A stretch of 58,289 nucleotides of DNA from Candidatus Zixiibacteriota bacterium (GCA_029932605.1 JAOZPT010000010.1:1-58289), one strand, 5' to 3'. Shown: positions 39,779-49,716, counted from the first letter of the stretch. Notes: generated from the sequence alone by a model not told the origin. A program made the numbers and translations.

Positions 39779-40112
39779 ATGGATGTTTTCAAAAAGGGGA
39801 AAATGTGGTACATCGACTATCATGTCGATGGGCAGAGGAAACGTGAAATTGTAGGATACAGCCACAAAATGGCTGAAAATGTCCTTGCTAGAAGGAAAGT
39901 TCAGATTGCAAAGGATCGTTTCTCAGATGTTGCTAAAAAGGCGAAAACTTCTTTCAAGATCATTTCAGACATATACATAGAATATGCAAAGAATAACAAG
40001 TTTCACCAACGCGGTAAAGTCAATGGAGTATTTTGATGGACACTATTCGGACACCCTGGCCATTTCAGAGCGTCCAGTCGATAAGCGTAATCATATGAAC
40101 AAACAAGAAATT
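39779..40112 (+). pseudogene. Internally deleted tyrosine integrase
   Basis: 39779-40000 encodes an integrase-type N-terminus (KKGKMWYIDYHVDGQRKRE...LARRKVQIA...F...YIEYAK). A second frame from 40008 gives an integrase-like tail (NAVKSMEYFDGHYSDT). No catalytic core. Confidence 0.75.
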
Positions 40113-40198
40113 GCCGGAATGGCGGAATAGGTAGACGCAAGGGACTTAAAATCCCTCGGATGGTTTCATCCGTGCCGGTTCGATTCCGGCTTCCGGCA
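40113..40198 (+). tRNA. tRNA-Leu(TAA), CCA not encoded
   Basis: GCCGGAA/TTCCGGC acceptor stem, AGGGA-CTTAAAA-TCCCT anticodon arm, long variable arm, GGTTCGATTCC T-arm. Confidence 0.97.
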
Positions 40199-40206
40199 TG
40201 AAAGAT

Positions 40207-40241
40207 AACGGGTTACGGCGCATAATCGTAACCCGTTTTTT
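40207..40241 (+). terminator. Intrinsic terminator after tRNA-Leu
   Basis: AACGGGTTACG-N9-CGTAACCCGTT followed by a T tract. Confidence 0.8.
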
Positions 40242-40422
40242 AATGGATTTTAGGCAAGTTACCAAGTTTCGTAGCTCTTCGGGTTTAACATTCTATATCA
40301 GTTGAACATAAACTATTACTTGATTCAGGGTGAACATATGTCTGAAAGTGAAGCAACTTGACCAGGTTTCTATTGAGGTTTTTCCATCCCATTGACACTT
40401 TGAGGAGAGAATTAACGGTAGG

Positions 40423-41358
40423 TTATTTTTCCTGTATCCGTTGGAGCAGTTGCAGGTTTTTCCTGGCATCTAAATTACCGGGCCAGATTTGCAAAGACTT
40501 TTGAAAGTGTTCAATCGCTTTGTTGACATCTCCCAAACGAGCATAGATTAGCCCTAGATGATTATGAGTCTTAGCTATTTCCGGGTCACTTTTTTGCAAT
40601 AGCCGAATAATTTCCAGATCGTAAGAGGCAAGGTCTTCAGGATGAATGTCCCTGGCTAGTTGTTCTTTGATGATTGGCAGGTTTATCGTATCATTTTCAA
40701 AAACGGCAATACTCTTTCGCAACATGTTCTTGTAAGAGGTGCACGGATCCAATTGGTCTGCCAAAGTCATTTCAAAAGCTTTTTTCGCTTTCTCATATTG
40801 TCCTATAGCGAGATAGAGAGTTCCCAATTTGCGATAAATTAAGCCCTGTTCAAATTCAGAACCTATAGCTTTTTCGTAATACTTAATTGCTTCATCCCAT
40901 TTTTCCTGTTTCTCAAGCAATTCACCAAGATTGTAATAAATAACTCCCTTTTGACTGGTTTGCATCTGTAAAGCATTCATGAGCATCTGCGCTGCCTGTT
41001 TTTCGTCACCGAGATGTATATAAGCTACAGCTAGATTTATCAATGCTCCCACATAATCCGGTTTTATCTTTAAGGCCTGCTTATATTGGATAATGGCCTG
41101 TTTATAGTTACGCTGGTTAAGAAAGCTGTCACCGTAGTTCTTGTAATCACGTGATTCAACTTTTACTCCAATGTAAGATAGATTTTTCAACCATTCTGGA
41201 TTAATCGTTGAGATAATGCCGAAAGACATAAGAATGAGCCAAAGCAAAAGTAAAACCCAGGTGAATATAGCTTGGTTTCTAGATAACCCTTTAGGTCGTT
41301 GTTTCTTGAAGCCTTCTTGACCTCGGTCAGCAGGTATTGTGAAGAATAAATAAAACAT
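40423..41358 (-). CDS. Membrane-anchored TPR protein
   Basis: One N-terminal TM helix, then TPRs (ALKIKPDYVGALINLAVAY, YYNLGELL, HNHLGLIYARLG); overlaps the upstream gene by 32 bp. Confidence 0.85.
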   Translation of the reverse strand: MFYLFFTIPADRGQEGFKKQRPKGLSRNQAIFTWVLLLLWLILMSFGIISTINPEWLKNLSYIGVKVESRDYKNYGDSFLNQRNYKQAIIQYKQALKIKPDYVGALINLAVAYIHLGDEKQAAQMLMNALQMQTSQKGVIYYNLGELLEKQEKWDEAIKYYEKAIGSEFEQGLIYRKLGTLYLAIGQYEKAKKAFEMTLADQLDPCTSYKNMLRKSIAVFENDTINLPIIKEQLARDIHPEDLASYDLEIIRLLQKSDPEIAKTHNHLGLIYARLGDVNKAIEHFQKSLQIWPGNLDARKNLQLLQRIQEK

Positions 41359-42583
41359 TTTTTCGCTCTTGTTTTAACCTGTTAAATAGGCGACATGCCT
41401 CGGGACTTTTAAGAATTATAATCTGGGTTCCCCTTTGAATATAAGGGTTATAGACAAACTGATTGGTTGTTTTTTCAGGGAAACCATAACCACCTTTGCC
41501 ATAAGCACCACTACCTATTATAATAATATCCGTTTTTTGCTTCATAAGAAACATCCGGTCGCGATAATTGAAGTAATGTTTCTTATCTACCAAACGGAAC
41601 GTCCCATCAGGAAAGATCATGACATCAAAGAAAAAAATCGGGATTCCTTTATACACAGTCAGACCATACTGGTTATGAACGATATCATCTGAACGATACT
41701 TAAAGAAAAAGTATGATTGGACCAGTAGGCCAACTACAATAATAGTTAAGATGCTGTATTTACCCCACTTATATAGGCTGAGGTGGAACAGAAGGAAAAA
41801 TATTACAAAACCGCCGATGGTGAAAAGAACGATAAACTTCCAGTAGGAGAGGTCTGTGAGAAGAGAGCTGAATAAAAGTAAGAATATAGTCAGGACAGTT
41901 AAAAGTATAAGAATGCTGAACGGTTGCTTGAAATAACCTGACAGCTTTGGATTGCGGATTTTTTTTATGCTCGCCAATAGTGTAGCAGGACGGTTTCCTC
42001 CTATGTAAAGTAGAACAATGCCGGTCAATGCTCCCCAAGTATCTTTGGCGATATCGCTGATATCGAAAGTCCTATTGCTCATGTGCATCTGAAAAGCTTC
42101 ATCAAAGGATGAGAATAACATTGCCAGGAAATAAGTAAGTAGCATGATTTGGGTTGGTGAAATTCTGCGCGGTGTCAGGTCGCGATACATCATAAAAGCG
42201 AAAATAGCGTAGGCAATATAGTGCCAGTTTTGTTGAAGGTCATAGAAACGATGACCAAAGTAATAATCGGTGATCTGCTGAGCAAAAGCGATCATGATCA
42301 AAGCTATAATACCAGCCAATATGTGAAGTTTAGTAAGGTAGGAACGTAAAAAGATAATTAACAAAACCAGCAATATTAACATTATTAAGGGAACAATCGG
42401 GATTTGCATATTGAATAGTCCAATAGTAGATGAAGAAATTTTTCCTATCGCTTCTTGCAAAAAATTCTGCAGCATCACAAAGGGAGTTGCTATCAAGAGC
42501 ATGCTATACATGATAACATGTAACCGAGAAGAATATATCCAGCTTGAATAAGTTGTTGATTTATAGGAATATCGTGAAGGCAT
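41327..42583 (-). CDS. Polytopic membrane protein with VanZ-like domain and C-terminal Mth938/DUF498-like domain
   Basis: VanZ-like WHYIAYA...FDEAFQMHMSNRTFDISDIAKDTWG; tail DIIIIGSG...SPEACRLFNRL...LFILHNTC; AGGAG SD before ATG 42583. Confidence 0.72.
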   Translation of the reverse strand: MPSRYSYKSTTYSSWIYSSRLHVIMYSMLLIATPFVMLQNFLQEAIGKISSSTIGLFNMQIPIVPLIMLILLVLLIIFLRSYLTKLHILAGIIALIMIAFAQQITDYYFGHRFYDLQQNWHYIAYAIFAFMMYRDLTPRRISPTQIMLLTYFLAMLFSSFDEAFQMHMSNRTFDISDIAKDTWGALTGIVLLYIGGNRPATLLASIKKIRNPKLSGYFKQPFSILILLTVLTIFLLLFSSLLTDLSYWKFIVLFTIGGFVIFFLLFHLSLYKWGKYSILTIIVVGLLVQSYFFFKYRSDDIVHNQYGLTVYKGIPIFFFDVMIFPDGTFRLVDKKHYFNYRDRMFLMKQKTDIIIIGSGAYGKGGYGFPEKTTNQFVYNPYIQRGTQIIILKSPEACRLFNRLKQERKNVLFILHNTC

Positions 42584-42835
42584 CTCTCCTAAAAAAATCA
42601 CATGAATAAAACTTTTACTCATTTAAAAATATACCATATCTTTAATTATTGCAAGGAAAATATCATTATTCCCTTACTCAGGACAATTAAAGATAAAGCC
42701 TGGCAAATTTATTTTTCAAGTTAAAAAAATATATTCTTTATGTTCCTTATGGAATAAAGCTAAAAATAGCTGTCTATATAATCTTTCTTATGCTATTTTA
42801 AAAATCGTTTGATTTTATCTAAATCAGTTATCCGA

Positions 42836-44788
42836 TTAATTTACATTTTTCTTTCTGCCGATAATCACCATACCTGCTGGTGGTGTATGTGGACACCAGA
42901 GGATTTCCGGATTGTAGCCTTTGAAGAACGCGACGAGGAATGTGATATCCGATCCTGTAAACTGGCAATTACCGTTGACATCACCACCAGAATACAGCCA
43001 GCTTTCATCAGAATCATTCCAGCAGGAGTCAGGAGGTGGATCACCGATCCCTTTGAAATAGCGAACTCCATATGTGATATCATTGCCCATCACATTTTCA
43101 TCACCGTTAATATCACCAGGGATGTAGTCACAGAGGCCGGAAGCATAAACGACGAGGGTGATGTCCTGGTTGTCAGAACTATACTCGTCAGCAACTTCAA
43201 CGCTGAAACCTGTCACAAACTGGCTGTCGGGCGCTGTGCCGACAAGGGAATCATTCTGGACCGATAACCATACCGGGTAATTGCTATAAGAAATTATGTG
43301 CACCGAATCGTCATCATCGATGAATTCAGGGCTGTAGGCGAAATAATCACCTGCCTGACAGGAAAATGAATCTGCTGAGATAATCTGCGGTGGTATGTTT
43401 ACGGTGAATATATGTGCCCACGGTTCGCCTATATAGGGATGCGTTTCAACCCTTCCCGAGTTGTCAGCGGCCTTTAAATAGTATGAAATCTGGGAACCCT
43501 GAGGCTGAGCGGGAATATATCCGAAAAAAGAGTCCGGTTGAGGAGAGGTATTTAAGTATGTATATTCCCAGGAACCTTCATTGATGCTGTAGTAAATCTT
43601 GAGCGAGTCTGTTATAAAAGATGAGTCCGAGTAGGCTATGATCATCGCCGAGACAAGATAACAGCTTGAAGTATCGCTTACCCGAATCAACGGAATATGA
43701 TGAATAAACAACATTCCATGGTCAGGTACACCCATCGTTCGGCAGTGGATAGCGTCATTATCATACCAGGAACCATCAAAACCAAGAACCTCGTATCCTG
43801 GCATCGCCTCACGATAGACCTGAAGAGCAATGGCATCATAACTGTTATCGAAAGTGGGAACAAAAACTTTCCCATTGAGAATCAGCGAGTTGGTATAAGC
43901 CGTTCCATAGGGGCAGTAAACCCTTACTATTGTATATGGTTGACCCCAGGCTGAAATCTGTTGTGATAGGTATTCAGCCCGTGCATTCAGCAGATGGTAG
44001 CTTGGATTACCGGGCGAGACATCCTTAATAAGAATTGTTGTGGGGTTTAAAAATTTCGCCCAGCAATCGATGTGATGAATACCGCCCGATTCAATGTAAC
44101 CTAATACCGTGTAATCGTTACCGAGATAAGCCATCATAATGGAATCAATCTCTGCCGGCGTTTTATCGGGGTTTTCATTATAAACAAGCTGCGTTGACAT
44201 CGACATACCCAAACCATCCGACATATGATTACCGCCAGTATGAATCAGGTCCATACCGTATACGTCGAGGTTCCACTCTTCACCGATCCTTTGTGGAATG
44301 ACATCATCTAAGGGCCTGGGGCGATTATAGATATGGTCAACGATGGCAAGATTGTTATCCTGGAAAATAAACCAAGGACCATAATCACGTGTCCAGATGC
44401 TGTTGGTGGGAGCGATGATGAATTGAGTGTTGTCCATATTCACACCGCCTGATGAATAAGCATTGCGAGCCTGGTTTTCCTCATAAGAGCTACCGACGAG
44501 AGTTGTCACCATCACATCCTCGGATAATTCCGCTATGAGGGATATCGAGATTCCCAGTGGCCAACGGATTATCACACCCTCAGAGGGTTCCCATTCAGCT
44601 GGATTGCGAATTACTCCCTCGGGAGGAATAGTAGTTTGGTGGGTTATACCGATTTCATCCAGGCGCTGGATTTCTTCTTCTGTTAAGCCTATTGGAAGGA
44701 AATCTTTCTGAGACTGTTCATCAGCAAAAAGTATAGCGACGGCTGTTATCAGAAAAAATAATATAAGGAATACGTTTATCTTATTCAT
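42836..44788 (-). CDS. Secreted agmatine/peptidylarginine deiminase-family protein with Ig-like and dockerin-like domains
   Basis: Signal peptide; PAEWE, WTRDYGP, GGN, HHID, AIHCRT; tail GDINGD...DITY and GDVNGN...DITF. Confidence 0.88.
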   Translation of the reverse strand: MNKINVFLILFFLITAVAILFADEQSQKDFLPIGLTEEEIQRLDEIGITHQTTIPPEGVIRNPAEWEPSEGVIIRWPLGISISLIAELSEDVMVTTLVGSSYEENQARNAYSSGGVNMDNTQFIIAPTNSIWTRDYGPWFIFQDNNLAIVDHIYNRPRPLDDVIPQRIGEEWNLDVYGMDLIHTGGNHMSDGLGMSMSTQLVYNENPDKTPAEIDSIMMAYLGNDYTVLGYIESGGIHHIDCWAKFLNPTTILIKDVSPGNPSYHLLNARAEYLSQQISAWGQPYTIVRVYCPYGTAYTNSLILNGKVFVPTFDNSYDAIALQVYREAMPGYEVLGFDGSWYDNDAIHCRTMGVPDHGMLFIHHIPLIRVSDTSSCYLVSAMIIAYSDSSFITDSLKIYYSINEGSWEYTYLNTSPQPDSFFGYIPAQPQGSQISYYLKAADNSGRVETHPYIGEPWAHIFTVNIPPQIISADSFSCQAGDYFAYSPEFIDDDDSVHIISYSNYPVWLSVQNDSLVGTAPDSQFVTGFSVEVADEYSSDNQDITLVVYASGLCDYIPGDINGDENVMGNDITYGVRYFKGIGDPPPDSCWNDSDESWLYSGGDVNGNCQFTGSDITFLVAFFKGYNPEILWCPHTPPAGMVIIGRKKNVN

Positions 44789-45045
44789 GATTAAAGTTCA
44801 TTCCTAAAGCGTGTATCATCATTAAAAAACCCGCCAAACTATTCAAAGACTCGTTATATATAATTTAATATGAATCTGAATTTTAGCAATACCAATTTTT
44901 AAGATTTTGATTCTAGAGGGCTTAATAAAAATTTAATCATTTATCGGAGCTATTATAATTTTTACCTGAATCTTAACAGATTTAATTTTCGGGATTTACT
45001 GTTATATGGATTTGCAGTTTTTAATAATGTTTGTTATGAAGTAAA

Positions 45046-45080
45046 TTGGTTCATTTTGAACCAAGCTGGTTAAAAACCAG
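45046..45080. promoter_or_regulatory. Two adjacent inverted repeats in a divergent promoter region
   Basis: TTGGTTCA-TTT-TGAACCAA (45046-45064) and CTGGTT-AAA-AACCAG (45066-45080). Confidence 0.45.
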
Positions 45081-45263
45081 GGAGTAACCTGTATATGTCT
45101 TTGATAGAATTCGTTTTGCAAAAAACCATTTTTATGATTAAAATTACTTGAATTTTTTGAATCAGGGCTCAGTTAATTTTAACATACTATACTATCAATT
45201 CCCGATTAAATTATTTAAACCATTAACTCTTGGATGCCGATTAAGTTATTGCTGAGGAATATA

Positions 45264-45653
45264 ATGACCAGACAGATATTGGTGATAGATGACCAACCCG
45301 AGGTTGGGGCACTTATTGGTAATTACTTAAAGCAAATCGGATTTATACCGGTTGTGATGTCCAGTGTAGAAGAGGCATTGGATAATTTTGACCCGTCGGA
45401 GTATCTGATGATAATAGCTGACGTCATTATGCCCGGTAAAAACGGATTTGACCTTGTCCGTTTTATGTGTAGCAACCATCCCCGGATACCGGTTGCTTTG
45501 ATATCGGGTTATTTTGACAAGGAGATGGAAAACCTGCAAAAGGTATTCGGGATCGATAAAATATATCGCAAGCCCGTGTTTCTTAGAAGTGTTAAGGAGA
45601 TGGTTGCCGATTCCCTTATCAAACTTGCTACTCAAACGGCCTTTTCATCTTAG
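45264..45653 (+). CDS. Single-domain response regulator (REC)
   Basis: ILVIDD, ADVIMPGKNG, LISGY, RKP; GAGGA SD before ATG 45264. Confidence 0.9.
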   Translation: MTRQILVIDDQPEVGALIGNYLKQIGFIPVVMSSVEEALDNFDPSEYLMIIADVIMPGKNGFDLVRFMCSNHPRIPVALISGYFDKEMENLQKVFGIDKIYRKPVFLRSVKEMVADSLIKLATQTAFSS

Positions 45654-45707
45654 TTTCAACATTAAAGGAAGTTAATGACCCGATAGCACAAAACGAAATA
45701 CGGGGTT

Positions 45708-47024
45708 ATGGAGAAATTTTTGGACGATTTATTAAAAACGGATGAATCACTAAGGAAACGTGTTGTTCAACTTGAGGACAAGCTTGATGACCAAGTGACC
45801 AAGATATTAGACCTTTCTCGGTTAGGTGCGGTTTTCACCTCGATAATGGACCTTAAAATGGTTCTACCTACCGTTATGGAAACCGCTTTAGATATTGTTA
45901 AAGGTGAGGTTGGCGAGATTGTTATATTCGATCTCAATGGCAGGCAGGAATCGGTAAGCTGGGGACTTTCACCAAAAATAACAGACAGGCTTCATATTAA
46001 AACCGGCGAAAAAATATACGAGATTATAAAGCAAACAAAGGAACCCTTAATTATTGATCATGTTAATTTTAAAGGCGATAATCTTTCAGGTGTTGGATCT
46101 GTGAATATTGAATCTTTGTTGATTGCTCCACTTAAAACCCAGGATAAGGTTATAGGAGCTATTACTATTGCCAACAAGAAACCTGCGGGTAACTTCGACG
46201 ATGATGATAAATTTGCTCTTGATGTTCTTGGAAGCTTTGCCGCGGTGGCCGTATTAAACGCAAACCTTCACCAGGAGGCCCTAAAAAAGCAAAAGATCGA
46301 ACACGAACTTGAGTTGGCTCAACAGGTCCAACGGACTTTAATGCCCGAAAAGGTTAATACTTTCGAGGGGCTTGAGGTCTTCACCTTCAATGCCCAAGCG
46401 GCTCAGGTGGGTGGCGATTTTTATGATATCATTGAAGTGGCTGATGGTAAATATCTGATTATTGTAGCTGATGTATCTAACAAAGGTGTTCCCGCTGCTT
46501 TGATAATGTCTACAGTGCGATCTTATGTTAGAGTGGTAGCTTTGAATATGGACTCGCTTGCCGAGCTTGCCTCTAAAATAAACAACCTTCTCTGTCATGA
46601 TATCCAAAATATTGGTAACATGTTTGTCACAATGTTTTTTGGACTTATCGATTTGAGCAAACATGTAATCTACTCGGTGAATGCTGGCCATCCACCGGGC
46701 TATCTTTTAAGTAATGGTAAGTCCACAAAGCTGAAAACTGGGGGATTGTTTTTGGGGCAGTTTTCTGACCTGGAGTATAAAGAGATACAGAATATTATTA
46801 AACATGGTGACAGGTTATTTGTATTTACCGATGGTTTATTTGAGTGCGTTAACTCTAAGGGCGAAATGCTGGGTTTGGCTAATGTGGAAAAATTCCTACT
46901 TCAAAACGAACATACCTCCTGGGAAAGGTTGTTAAGCAAACTTAAAGGTTTACTTGAAAAATATTCGTACGACGAAGGCCGGGTTGATGATACCACCCTG
47001 ATGATGGTCGAGGTGAAAAAATGA
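45708..47024 (+). CDS. GAF-SpoIIE (RsbU-like) PP2C phosphatase
   Basis: GAF (LLIAPL...IGAITIANK), VGGDFYD, VADVSNKG, NAGH, FTDGL, DDTTL. Confidence 0.92.
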   Translation: MEKFLDDLLKTDESLRKRVVQLEDKLDDQVTKILDLSRLGAVFTSIMDLKMVLPTVMETALDIVKGEVGEIVIFDLNGRQESVSWGLSPKITDRLHIKTGEKIYEIIKQTKEPLIIDHVNFKGDNLSGVGSVNIESLLIAPLKTQDKVIGAITIANKKPAGNFDDDDKFALDVLGSFAAVAVLNANLHQEALKKQKIEHELELAQQVQRTLMPEKVNTFEGLEVFTFNAQAAQVGGDFYDIIEVADGKYLIIVADVSNKGVPAALIMSTVRSYVRVVALNMDSLAELASKINNLLCHDIQNIGNMFVTMFFGLIDLSKHVIYSVNAGHPPGYLLSNGKSTKLKTGGLFLGQFSDLEYKEIQNIIKHGDRLFVFTDGLFECVNSKGEMLGLANVEKFLLQNEHTSWERLLSKLKGLLEKYSYDEGRVDDTTLMMVEVKK

Positions 47025-47446
47025 ATCAACCCGTTAGGATAGTGTTTCCTGTATCCGAAATATCTTTAAAGATAGCCGATGAGATATTTGATGTTATCGC
47101 CAGGATTGCCACCCCAGATGCTAAAAAGAGACATCATATATTAACGGTTTTATCAGAGGCTTTCAACAATGCTTATATCCATGGCGACAAGATACTTAGC
47201 GACGGGGGTATTGAATTTGAAGCCCATTTCGATGAAAATAAATTTTATGCATCCATTATAAACAGAGGTAAAGGTTTTGCCGATAGTAAAATGAAAGGTT
47301 ATTCTGTTGATACTGACATTGCTGAATCAGGTCGAGGCCTTAAGATAATAAAAGAGTTAAGTGACAGAGTTGATTTTAAGCAGGTAGATGGTAATAGATT
47401 TGGTATATTTTTAGAGTTTAATCTTTCTTCTGAGAGCGGATATTAA
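47021..47446 (+). CDS. RsbW-like anti-sigma factor / Ser kinase (HATPase_c)
   Basis: LSEAFNNAYIHG, INRGKGF, ESGRGLKII. Confidence 0.85.
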   Translation: MNQPVRIVFPVSEISLKIADEIFDVIARIATPDAKKRHHILTVLSEAFNNAYIHGDKILSDGGIEFEAHFDENKFYASIINRGKGFADSKMKGYSVDTDIAESGRGLKIIKELSDRVDFKQVDGNRFGIFLEFNLSSESGY

Positions 47447-47474
47447 AAGCTAACTTGATACTATGGAGGACGTA

Positions 47475-47807
47475 ATGGACATTCACAAGCGTTATGAGGG
47501 TGATGTTGCTATATTACAACTGGATGGCCAATTGAACCTTACAAGTGCATCAACCTTGAAGGAAGCTTCGAAAGAGGTGCTGGCTAATGATACTAAAAAG
47601 ATGGTGTTGAATCTCGAAAAGGTCGATTTCATCAACAGCTCCGGTTTGGGAGCGCTTGTGTCGATTTTAAAAGATGTACGCAATGCTAGGGCCTCGATGA
47701 AGATTTCCAATCTAGCACCCTATGTAAAGGAGATATTTGACATCACTCAGCTCTCTAACATCTTTGAAATTTTCACTGATGAAAACAAGGCGGTTGCAAG
47801 CTTTTAA
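47475..47807 (+). CDS. RsbV-like STAS anti-anti-sigma factor
   Basis: LNLEKVDFINSSGLGALV, VKEIFDITQL; GGAGG SD before ATG 47475. Confidence 0.92.
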   Translation: MDIHKRYEGDVAILQLDGQLNLTSASTLKEASKEVLANDTKKMVLNLEKVDFINSSGLGALVSILKDVRNARASMKISNLAPYVKEIFDITQLSNIFEIFTDENKAVASF

Positions 47808-47925
47808 CGATTATGTGTTTTGGCATCCTATTTATTGCTTATAGAAATGAAGTAAAGCGACATAGTCAGATACTTGAATATAGCAAAGATTGATGTACGG
47901 ATTGCCGAAACCATTGGAATTTATT

Positions 47926-48381
47926 ATGCCTGAAGCTAAAGATATTGAAATACTGGTTGTAGATGATGAATTATTGGTAAGAGATCTTATTTATGATTTT
48001 CTTTCTTCAAATGGTTATACGGTTTATTTAGCTGAAGATGGAAAGAAGGCTATATCGTTAGTTGATGAAGTAGATTTCAAGGTAGCCTTGGTCGATTTAA
48101 AAATGCCTGAAGTCGATGGTCTTGAGGTTGCTGGTGTCTTGACCGAAAAAAAGCCATATGTGCCAATAGTGATAATGACGGCATACCCATCTGTAGATAG
48201 CACTGTCGAGGCGATTAAAGAAGGGGTTTTTGACTATATAATCAAACCATTTAACATTTCTCAATTATCTAAAACCATCGGTAAGGCAGTTAATGAATAT
48301 ACGGCAAGGTCAAGTAGCAATTATATACGGGTTAAAGCCGATAACATTGATACTATAAATTTGGATGACAGTATATGTTGA
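47926..48381 (+). CDS. Response regulator (REC with short tail)
   Basis: ILVVDDE, VDLKMPEVDG, IMTAY, DYIIKPF. Confidence 0.9.
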   Translation: MPEAKDIEILVVDDELLVRDLIYDFLSSNGYTVYLAEDGKKAISLVDEVDFKVALVDLKMPEVDGLEVAGVLTEKKPYVPIVIMTAYPSVDSTVEAIKEGVFDYIIKPFNISQLSKTIGKAVNEYTARSSSNYIRVKADNIDTINLDDSIC

Positions 48382-48501
48382 TTGAAGTGTTAGATTCTTT
48401 GTATTGCAAAGTGCAAGCCTCGAGGATGTATTTTTCTTATTTTTGACGTTTTGGGTTTAAAAAAGTATTGAAATTTCCCATCGTTATGATAAAATAGTTA
48501 T

Positions 48502-49704
48502 ATGGGCTCTGATGATCAACAATTAGATGAATTGACCAAAATTACCGATTCATATGTTTCGTTATCAGAATTGACTGTTCGGCTTCAAGCCGATTACCTT
48601 GAATTATCGGACAAGTTCGAGAAGCAAAGTCGCCAGCTTGAGGAAATCAACAACCAGGTCACCAAGGCTCTGGAAGCCAACAGCAAACTGTCAACCTACC
48701 TTAGCAATATCCTTGAGTGTCTCGATGCTGGTGTTGTGGTTTTTGGTGTTGATGGCAAAATCTGCCTGTTTAACAGGGCAGCAGAGATGCTAACAGGTAT
48801 ATCCCGTCAGAAAGCGATAGATAAACATTACATTACGATTTTCCCCGGTGATGAGCACGAATCCACTTTCAGCCTTTTAAATGGCACACAAACCAAGGCT
48901 CGTGGTGAAAAATGGTTTGGCTCACAGCCGGTGGGTTATTCATCAAGCAAGATTTTCGATGATAATGGAAACTGTTGTGGTGTGGTTGAGATATTATACG
49001 ATATTTCAGGTGAGAAAAAGTTAAGGAAGACGATACGCCAGGTTTCCGCTCTGGCGGCTCTGGGTGAGATGTCGGCTATTGTGGCTCATCAGGTCAGGAA
49101 TCCGCTGGCCGGTATCATTGGTTTTGCCAATCTCTTGCAAAGGGATTTGCCCTCAGATCATCCGTCAGCTAACCTTGCCCAGAAGATATCCAGGGGAGCA
49201 AATGAACTTAACAGGATAATGACAAATCTCCTTAATTTCACAAAAAAAACGAAACCAGATTTTCGCGAACTTGATTTTATCAAGTTTACGAAAGAGGTGA
49301 TATCCTCTTTTTCAAATGAGCCTGTTGCCGGGAAGATAAAGATCGATTTCCGGACTGATATCGACAAGATTTTATACAAGTTCGACCCGGTATTATTTCG
49401 CCAGGCGTTTTTAAACATTATGGAAAATGCGATTCAGGCAATGGAGCCGGATGGAGGTAAGTTGAAATTGTCGGTTAAGGCAAAAAACGGTCGGAGCTTA
49501 AAAATAACTTTTAGAGACACTGGAAAGGGATTTCCACAGGCTGATTGTGAGAAACTTTTCAAACCTTTCTATACGACCCGGCGCAACGGAACAGGGTTAG
49601 GTTTATCGATGGTTAAAAAGATGGTTGACTTTCATAAAGGTACCATCAGGGCAAATAGCCCCGCTGGAGGTGGTGCAGAGTTTATAATAGAATTACCTCT
49701 TTGA
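48502..49704 (+). CDS. Cytoplasmic PAS histidine kinase (NtrB/FleS-like)
   Basis: Coiled coil, PAS (FNRAAEMLTG), H-box VAHQVRNPL, NAIQA, DTGKG, FYTTR..GTGLGL. Confidence 0.92.
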   Translation: MGSDDQQLDELTKITDSYVSLSELTVRLQADYLELSDKFEKQSRQLEEINNQVTKALEANSKLSTYLSNILECLDAGVVVFGVDGKICLFNRAAEMLTGISRQKAIDKHYITIFPGDEHESTFSLLNGTQTKARGEKWFGSQPVGYSSSKIFDDNGNCCGVVEILYDISGEKKLRKTIRQVSALAALGEMSAIVAHQVRNPLAGIIGFANLLQRDLPSDHPSANLAQKISRGANELNRIMTNLLNFTKKTKPDFRELDFIKFTKEVISSFSNEPVAGKIKIDFRTDIDKILYKFDPVLFRQAFLNIMENAIQAMEPDGGKLKLSVKAKNGRSLKITFRDTGKGFPQADCEKLFKPFYTTRRNGTGLGLSMVKKMVDFHKGTIRANSPAGGGAEFIIELPL

Positions 49705-49716
49705 TAGGGTTTTAAA

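Noticed and set aside
40250..40420. Possible second integrase C-terminal remnant on the minus strand (TYVHPESS) with CAAGTT repeats
   Set aside because: Too short, with no other recognisable catalytic motif.
41327..41329. TGA after Cys as selenocysteine or readthrough joining the VanZ-Mth938 and TPR genes
   Set aside because: The TPR gene is in another frame, readthrough meets TAA within about 12 codons, and HxTC is a natural Mth938-type C-terminus.
47820..47840. Possible sigma54 promoter TGGCATCCTATTTATTGC
   Set aside because: GG-to-GC spacing is 13 rather than the required 10.
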